Shown here: positions 56,816-64,000 of the stretch, piece after piece
How positions within the stretch are numbered: the first letter of the stretch is position 1
Layout of the letters: every line of letters begins with the position of its first letter
Source of the DNA: Eledone cirrhosa
Lineage: Eukaryota
Direction of reading: 5' to 3'
Assembly (NCBI GenBank): GCA_964016885.1
Contig: OZ024751.1
Location: forward strand, 24,366,001-24,430,000
Length of the DNA stretch: 64,000 nt
The notes under the pieces: model-generated
The model's input: the letters and a program-made list of their open reading frames with translations, nothing else
Database searches by the model: none
Told to the model about the DNA's origin: nothing
Translations under genes and position numbers: made by a program

Positions 56816-57318
56816 ATTTAGGAACAGTTTAGGTATGATACATTTTATTACTAATTATATCTAAATGTTTCTTCTCTCTTCATAATGTATTTTTAACTCT
56901 GATACTGGTTCAGTCTGGTTCAAACTGAATTGGTCTGTCCCAGTCATTCATTGAGCAACATCGGTGAAGTTGGCACCCTTAACTCACAGTTGGGTGCGGA
57001 TGCATTCATGTATATATGTGTGTGTCCGCATGTATCTGTGTGTTTCTAAATGTATTAATAACTCCCTCTGGTCGAGCAATCTTTGAAGTGTGGGGACAAC
57101 TGGAAAGCTTCCATTACTCATACTTCTCGCCTTCTTCACTACCTCTTCTACGGCCTCGATATGAATGCCCCCTCCGCCTCCGTGGTATTTTTTTCGTGGT
57201 TATAGGAGGCTTAGCTCTGTTTCTCGACCGTTATATCGCGTGACTATCTCCCCCTCCGCCTTTTGGGATTCTTTCTCACGTCGTGTAGACGCGTTCTTGA
57301 GACTAGTAAAATGAGGTA

Positions 57319-57406
57319 TCCTCTTGATAAGTCGGCAGACCTCGCAAGGACTCTATATCTTTGATATATTGTTTTTGTTTATGCCACGAAACTACGTAGT
57401 CGAGGA
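57319..57406 (+). ncRNA. Hammerhead ribozyme, array unit 5 (predicted cut after 57401)
   Basis: Copy of 54955-55042 at +2364. Confidence 0.85.
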
Positions 57407-57909
57407 ATTTAGGAACAGTTTAGGTATGATACATTTTATTACTAATTATATCTAAATGTTTCTTCTCTCTTCATAATGTATTTTTAACTCTGATACTGGT
57501 TCAGTCTGGTTCAAACTGAATTGGTCTGTCCCAGTCATTCATTGAGCAACATCGGTGAAGTTGGCACCCTTAACTCACAGTTGGGTGCGGATGCATTCAT
57601 GTATATATGTGTGTGTCCGCATGTATCTGTGTGTTTCTAAATGTATTAATAACTCCCTCTGGTCGAGCAATCTTTGAAGTGTGGGGACAACTGGAAAGCT
57701 TCCATTACTCATACTTCTCGCCTTCTTCACTACCTCTTCTACGGCCTCGATATGAATGCCCCCTCCGCCTCCGTGGTATTTTTTTCGTGGTTATAGGAGG
57801 CTTAGCTCTGTTTCTCGACCGTTATATCGCGTGACTATCTCCCCCTCCGCCTTTTGGGATTCTTTCTCACGTCGTGTAGACGCGTTCTTGAGACTAGTAA
57901 AATGAGGTA

Positions 57910-57997
57910 TCCTCTTGATAAGTCGGCAGACCTCGCAAGGACTCTATATCTTTGATATATTGTTTTTGTTTATGCCACGAAACTACGTAGTCGAGGA
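57910..57997 (+). ncRNA. Hammerhead ribozyme, array unit 6 (predicted cut after 57992)
   Basis: Copy of 54955-55042 at +2955. Confidence 0.85.
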
Positions 57998-58234
57998 ATT
58001 TAGGAACAGTTTAGGTATGATACATTTTATTACTAATTATATCTAAATGTTTCTTCTCTCTTCATAATGTATTTTTAACTCTGATACTGGTTCAGTCTGG
58101 TTCAAACTGAATTGGTCTGTCCCAGTCATTCATTGAGCAACATCGGTGAAGTTGGCACCCTTAACTCACAGTTGGGTGCGGATGCATTCATGTATATATG
58201 TGTGTGTCCGCATGTATCTGTGTGTTTCTAAATG

Positions 58235-58274
<40 letters not shown>

Positions 58275-58341
58275 CGTATGTATGTATATATATATCTACA
58301 TATATATATATATATATATACATATATATAGAAACACACAT

Positions 58342-58373
<32 letters not shown>

Positions 58374-58568
58374 GCGTGCAGAAATGTAGATGTACGTGAG
58401 TGTAAATGTATACAGAGGATTTTAGATGTGTGGTGTTGGAAATTATAGTTATGTGTAATGGTACAGCAGGTGTGTAATGAAATCGTGTATAATAGTGTTG
58501 AACTGTGGCTGTATGTGTGGTGCATACGTCTAAAATCATTTCTGTGCATGTATGAGTGTATAAGTATA

Positions 58569-58860
58569 TCTATATATCTAAAACAGAGACTGTCTCTCTG
58601 TCTGTCTGATACCCTAAAACTCGAGCACCATCCAACCTATTGTTTTCAAACTTTACACATGTAATACTTATGGTCCTGCGAGTGTCTTGAGCAAAGAATA
58701 TTTCAAATTGTCAATGCCCTAGGAATTGCATTAGGCGATTTAGCGATCTCTCTCTATAATTCTTAGTATGTCTCTTTTTAGATAGATACATAGATATAAC
58801 GTTGCACCCTTATAATATCTGTCTGTATGTCTGGCTATCTGCATTACGACATTACGACGC

Positions 58861-58938
<78 letters not shown>

Positions 58939-59235
58939 GTGTGTGTGTAACGTTTTTCGAAATATTTACTTTTTCACAGATTGATTTTTTTAGTTTCAGA
59001 AGATCCAGTTAAGGGTGAAAGCAGCGATTGTTTGCTTAAACTTTAATTTGTTATTTTAATATATAAATATAAATATATATATATAATTATATATTCGAGT
59101 ACAGATATTTTTGCATACACAATAACAAAATATAAACAAACGTATTTATTTCACGAGGCTCGATAAGGATAAATATATATCAAATATATAAGAACCCAAG
59201 AGCAAATCCTGAGCAACGCCGGGCCATTATGCTAG
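58569..59235 (+). mobile_element. Non-autonomous Helitron
   Basis: 5' A|TCTATATATCTAAAA followed by (TCTG)n; 3' GC-rich hairpin cctgagcaacgccggg then CTAG|T; no target-site duplication. Subterminal sequence also present at about 16626-16680. Confidence 0.7.
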
Positions 59236-59974
59236 TATATAACTAAAGTTCTTTCTACACGCCTTAAAACTAAGTGACTGGGTCATGACGTTAACGTGAG
59301 ATTTTCGTAATGAAACAATGAAAGTTGAACTTATGAGATTTACGACCTACATCAAACCTCTGCAGATTTTAACGTTAATTTTTTGTTATTACATGAAATA
59401 AAATGGATTAAGTTTGTGTTTTAGGGTGTACTCTAATGACAGCTATTTAATTCCCTTGCTAGCTGCACACTTTATCCAGAAGCTTCCTGTAACGTTCAGT
59501 CAATTTACATGTTTGCTTATACCTAGTTTTTTGGTTGTTGGTAGTAATCTTTTTTGTCTGGTATTGTTGTATATACATATACATATATAGCATCATCGTC
59601 ATCATCGTCATCCTAATCGTCATCATCATCATCAACATCATCATCATCCTCATAATTTTATGTGAAAAGCCACGTTTAACTATTTTAAATAAATACAATC
59701 GCTCTCGTTTCAAATTTTGCCTAAAATATAAGAATCTAAAGATTAAATTCATTAAGTTTACAGCTAAATTAATCAACAGTTTTACTTTTAAAAACAAGTC
59801 CTACACTTATTATTATATTTTCTAAATTAGATTTGTTGAAAAATAAAATTGATTGATATAAATAATCAATAATCAAAAACAAAATGTTGAAGTTTGATGA
59901 AATTCTGTGTAATTTGATTATAAAGCAGAGTTGATCAAATGAAGATCCTTGAGTTTTGCAGGTTCTCTTTGAGG

Positions 59975-60006
<32 letters not shown>

Positions 60007-61691
60007 TGTATGTATGTATGTATGTATGTATGTATGTATGTATGTATGTATGTATGTATGTATTTATGTATGTATTGTATATGTGCATATGGTCCTGTAA
60101 CTCCCAAGGGATCCGGGGGGGGGGTCTACATTGACACAAGTGTTTCTAGGACATTTTTTAAACCTGACGGAACCCATCTTCTCTCCGAGTTTCAAAGCAG
60201 TAGATTCCCCCCGCCCCCGAAGAATGATAGAGAGGGTGAAAAATTGAAAGTGAGAAAAAGATATAGAGGAAGAATCGACCCCAGTACTAGACTGGTACTT
60301 ATTTTATCGACCTTGAATGGATGAAAGGCAAAGTTGACCTCGACGGGATTTGACCCCAGAGAGCTGAGAAACGAAAGGAATACAACAAAGCATTCTATTC
60401 GAACTTATCACAACTCTGCCAATTCGCTGCGTTTGTGATAAGAACTTCCTACATAGCATCTATTGAAATACGAAATTGCAAATAAAATTTGATTATAAAA
60501 TATGCTTATGTTCAAATCCCGCCCAGGTTAACTTTGCCTTTCATCCTTACAGGGTCGATAAAATAAAGTACCAGTCACGCACTGGGGTCGAATTAATCGA
60601 CTTTCCTCTCCCCAAAAATTGTTGTCCTTGTGCCTATATAAGAAACCATTATAAAATATGCCTATAAAGGCAAACCAAACAACAATGGAGACATGTAGCG
60701 TACGCACACAAACAAAACCACGAGAGTCTATACGCCATTAATACTGTTTTATAATGTCAGATCTCAGAAGAGTACATTTGAATGTTCAAAGAGAAAATTA
60801 ACTTAGAATTTTAGCCTTGTGTGTGGAATGATCGTTATGTCTATACGTTTCTTTTTTTTTTTTGATTTCTAAAATGAATTTAGCAGAAATTATGAAAATA
60901 ATATTTACCTAGCGGGTAATCGTGGGAATAGTTGTTTTTATTTTTTTATTTTTTATCTTTTTATAAATTTTCTTAATGCATTTTCTTCAGAAAATTATTT
61001 TGTTATATTAAAGTTATTGTTTTTATGTTAATATGCTAGACAACGGATTGGGGTTATAGAAAATTAGGATTTTCATGATTCTGTTCTCCTGGCAAAAGAA
61101 GCAACGTAAAATAAAATTTTATTGCTCAAAAACCACAACGCACCGACTGGCCAAGGTACAGAGCCCACAACATTGAGTCAGAGTGGGAGACAGAGTCTAC
61201 GACCTTGATCGTGAGTCAAACACCCTAACCACTAAGCCACGTACATTCAGAATAACAACAACAACAACAACAACAGCAGCAAAATATCTCCAAACACAAT
61301 AACACTATTTAATACTCCATTTCAAAAGAGCAAATTGCAGACGTATACATTAGGTATTCTCAAATGATCCATACACAGGCTTCGAGGCAAGTACTAAATG
61401 AAAATATTACTATGAAATACTTCAATATAAAACTAAATAAGTCTATACCATATCATACCATACAAAAATATATATTAAATGGTAATAAAAACTTACGGTG
61501 CAATATTATTATTTTATTTATTATATACGTGCTGTATTGTTTTATATTATTTTTTATTTTTATTTTATAAGGTATATTACAGTTTTAATATATTTTATTT
61601 TTATTTATTATATATATATCGTGTTGTTTTATATATATTTTTTATTCTATAATATATATTAATTTTACTATATTTTATTTATTTTTTATTA

Positions 61692-61779
<88 letters not shown>

Positions 61780-62160
61780 GTTGTTTTATTTTTTTATCAG
61801 ATATATTAGTGTTTGATTTTATTTGATTTTATATTATTTTATTTTATTTTATATATTTTAAAGTATTTTATATTTTATCTTATGTTGTTTTTATTTTAAT
61901 ATTTTCGCGTCTTCTTAAACTCTATTATTGGAAGTTTAAGTGGATATCAATCTAATCTGTTTCCTTAGCTGCTTCCGGCTGCAACACATATTTTCATTTC
62001 AACATAGCATCATCATCATCATTAACATAGTCATCATCATCATCATCATCATCATCATCAACATCATCATCATCGTCGTTGTCATCAACATCGTCTTTGA
62101 TATTATCATAATTATATATATATATACACATACTAATACATATTACGTATATATATATAT

Positions 62161-62465
<305 letters not shown>

Positions 62466-62488
62466 GTATATATGCGTGTATATTTATG

Positions 62489-62533
<45 letters not shown>

Positions 62534-62685
62534 TTGGGCGCGTGTGGCGTATGTGTGTATATCTCTGCAGCCTTTATGTCTTTTAAGTAAAAATATAGGA
62601 AGATCTAGTCAGTTTGTGTGGATTGAGACATCACTCTGAACTTTGCTCTTCATTTTAAACACATTCATTACATATGGAACACACT

Positions 62686-62719
<34 letters not shown>

Positions 62720-62720
<1 letters not shown>

Positions 62721-63035
62721 GGCTCTGAACATTAATCAGTATACACTGAGGATGAAAAGCTCAGAGTTGTATGGGAGCCTCCCAAAAGTCAGCTCAAAAG
62801 TGACACAGAGGAGACTGAAGTTAGCTGGACATGCTCACCGACATCCAGAGTTGACATTGCACTCAGTGCTCCTGTGGGAGCCCCTACATAGACACACTGG
62901 AAGAGGAAGACCAAGGTTAACGTATGTTGATTCCCTAAGGACAGACACTGGTCTGTTGGAGACGCAGGACGTGGCAGCGATAATGAGGGACAGAGATCGC
63001 TGGAGAGAACTCGTCCATGGAATGTTACCCGCCCT

Positions 63036-63037
<2 letters not shown>
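62720..63037 (+). mobile_element. RTE-clade LINE 3' coding fragment inserted in (TA)n
   Basis: LYGSLPKVS...RRLKLAGHAHRH...LLWEP...GRGRPRLTYVD.L..DTG...MRDRDRWR. Confidence 0.85.
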
Positions 63038-63084
<47 letters not shown>

Positions 63085-63317
63085 GAAAAATTGAACAGGG
63101 ACAGAACAGAGAGGCAGTACGATAAATGTTTATTAAATTCACGCCCAGGAGAGTGGGGGGTAGGTGGGGGACTATATTTAAACGTTAAACAAGGTTCAAT
63201 GAATAAATCAAAGAATGAGTTTTACAATAGATTGGAAGCACTCAACAATAAAGGTTTTCCAGTGTTATTAATATTAATTCAAAATATTAACAAAATAGAT
63301 ATTCTTGTGATCAAGTA

Positions 63318-63384
63318 TATTTTATTATACACATTTCAGAGGTACTGAGTTAACTTCAACAGTACGTCCTCATCAGATAAAATA
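63318..63384 (-). ncRNA. Hammerhead ribozyme with canonical core (family E-like)
   Basis: Minus strand reads TATTTTAT-CTGATGA-GGAcGTACTG...CAGTACcTCT-GAAA-TGTGTA-TA-ATAAAATA; 8-bp stem I. Confidence 0.7.
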
Positions 63385-63608
63385 AGATGATGCATGACAT
63401 ACCCTGACATAGTACATGGTTATGATTCAGTCATGGTAGTGAGTAATATATATGACAAAACTCAATATTGAGAACATGAGAAAAATATATAATACATACA
63501 ATAGAGAGGGTGCGTGTGAGACAGCTTAAATAATACTTGGCATCAATATAACTGTTAAAAAAATTTAAATTACTGAAGAAAGACGAAAGAAATATATATA
63601 TATATATG

Positions 63609-63655
<47 letters not shown>

Positions 63656-63711
63656 GTATATATATGTATGTATGTATGTGTCTGTGGTTGTGTATCCGTG
63701 CATATGTGTGT

Positions 63712-63755
<44 letters not shown>

Positions 63756-64000
63756 TATGTATATATATATAAACGTATATACACGCAGTATATATATGAA
63801 TGCATACACACACATATATATATACAAAAATATACAAAAGCTAAACTACCAGGTATTAGCATACGTCTTCTTCTATTGAATATATCACTCATGAATTGAA
63901 GACCTCTAGCAATATCGGAATGGTCTATTTGCTAAATCTTCACACGATTATATTTAGGCTACAGAGAAATGTTCGATATCTAATATTATATAATCGCAAT

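Larger units (their letters stand above)
54723..58237 (+). repeat. Tandem array of a 591-bp unit (about 5.95 copies), one hammerhead ribozyme per unit; retrozyme-like
   Basis: The same 75-aa ORF recurs at 55243, 55834, 56425, 57016 and 57607 (period 591). No differences between units seen by eye. Flanked by (TA)n on both sides. Confidence 0.95.

Noticed and set aside
54723-58237. CRISPR-like array or tandem gene cluster
   Set aside because: There are no unique spacers, the context is eukaryotic, and no tRNA, 5S, snRNA or histone sequence was recognised in the unit.
54723-58237. Endless rolling-circle ORF, because 591 is divisible by 3
   Set aside because: The six-frame track shows only a 75-aa ORF per unit, so there is no evidence of a stop-free frame.

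Overview
AT-rich, microsatellite-saturated animal genomic DNA, most likely a cephalopod (octopus-type repeat landscape; this is an inference). The only protein-coding gene found is a minus-strand vesicular glutamate transporter (VGLUT, SLC17A6/7/8 family). Nine GT-AG exons (49715 down to 62; 1065 nt, 355 codons) splice in frame, and the first and last exons lie outside the window. The introns hold Meta-domain and CORE-like tRNA SINEs, R4/Dong, RTE, CR1 and Tx1-like LINE fragments, a Helitron and hAT/mariner MITEs. The most notable signal is a set of at least seven small, sequence-distinct hammerhead-ribozyme (HHR) families, mostly inserted in or beside (TA)n tracts and often folded back as inverted repeats, which is Penelope-like/retrozyme architecture. 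The centrepiece is a visually identical 591-bp x 5.95 tandem array (54723-58237) with one type I HHR per unit. These HHRs carry a compensatory U3-A8 core (UUGANAA rather than CUGANGA), and the same core recurs in two other unrelated families here. All RNA structures were folded by eye. Family letters are working labels used only in this report.
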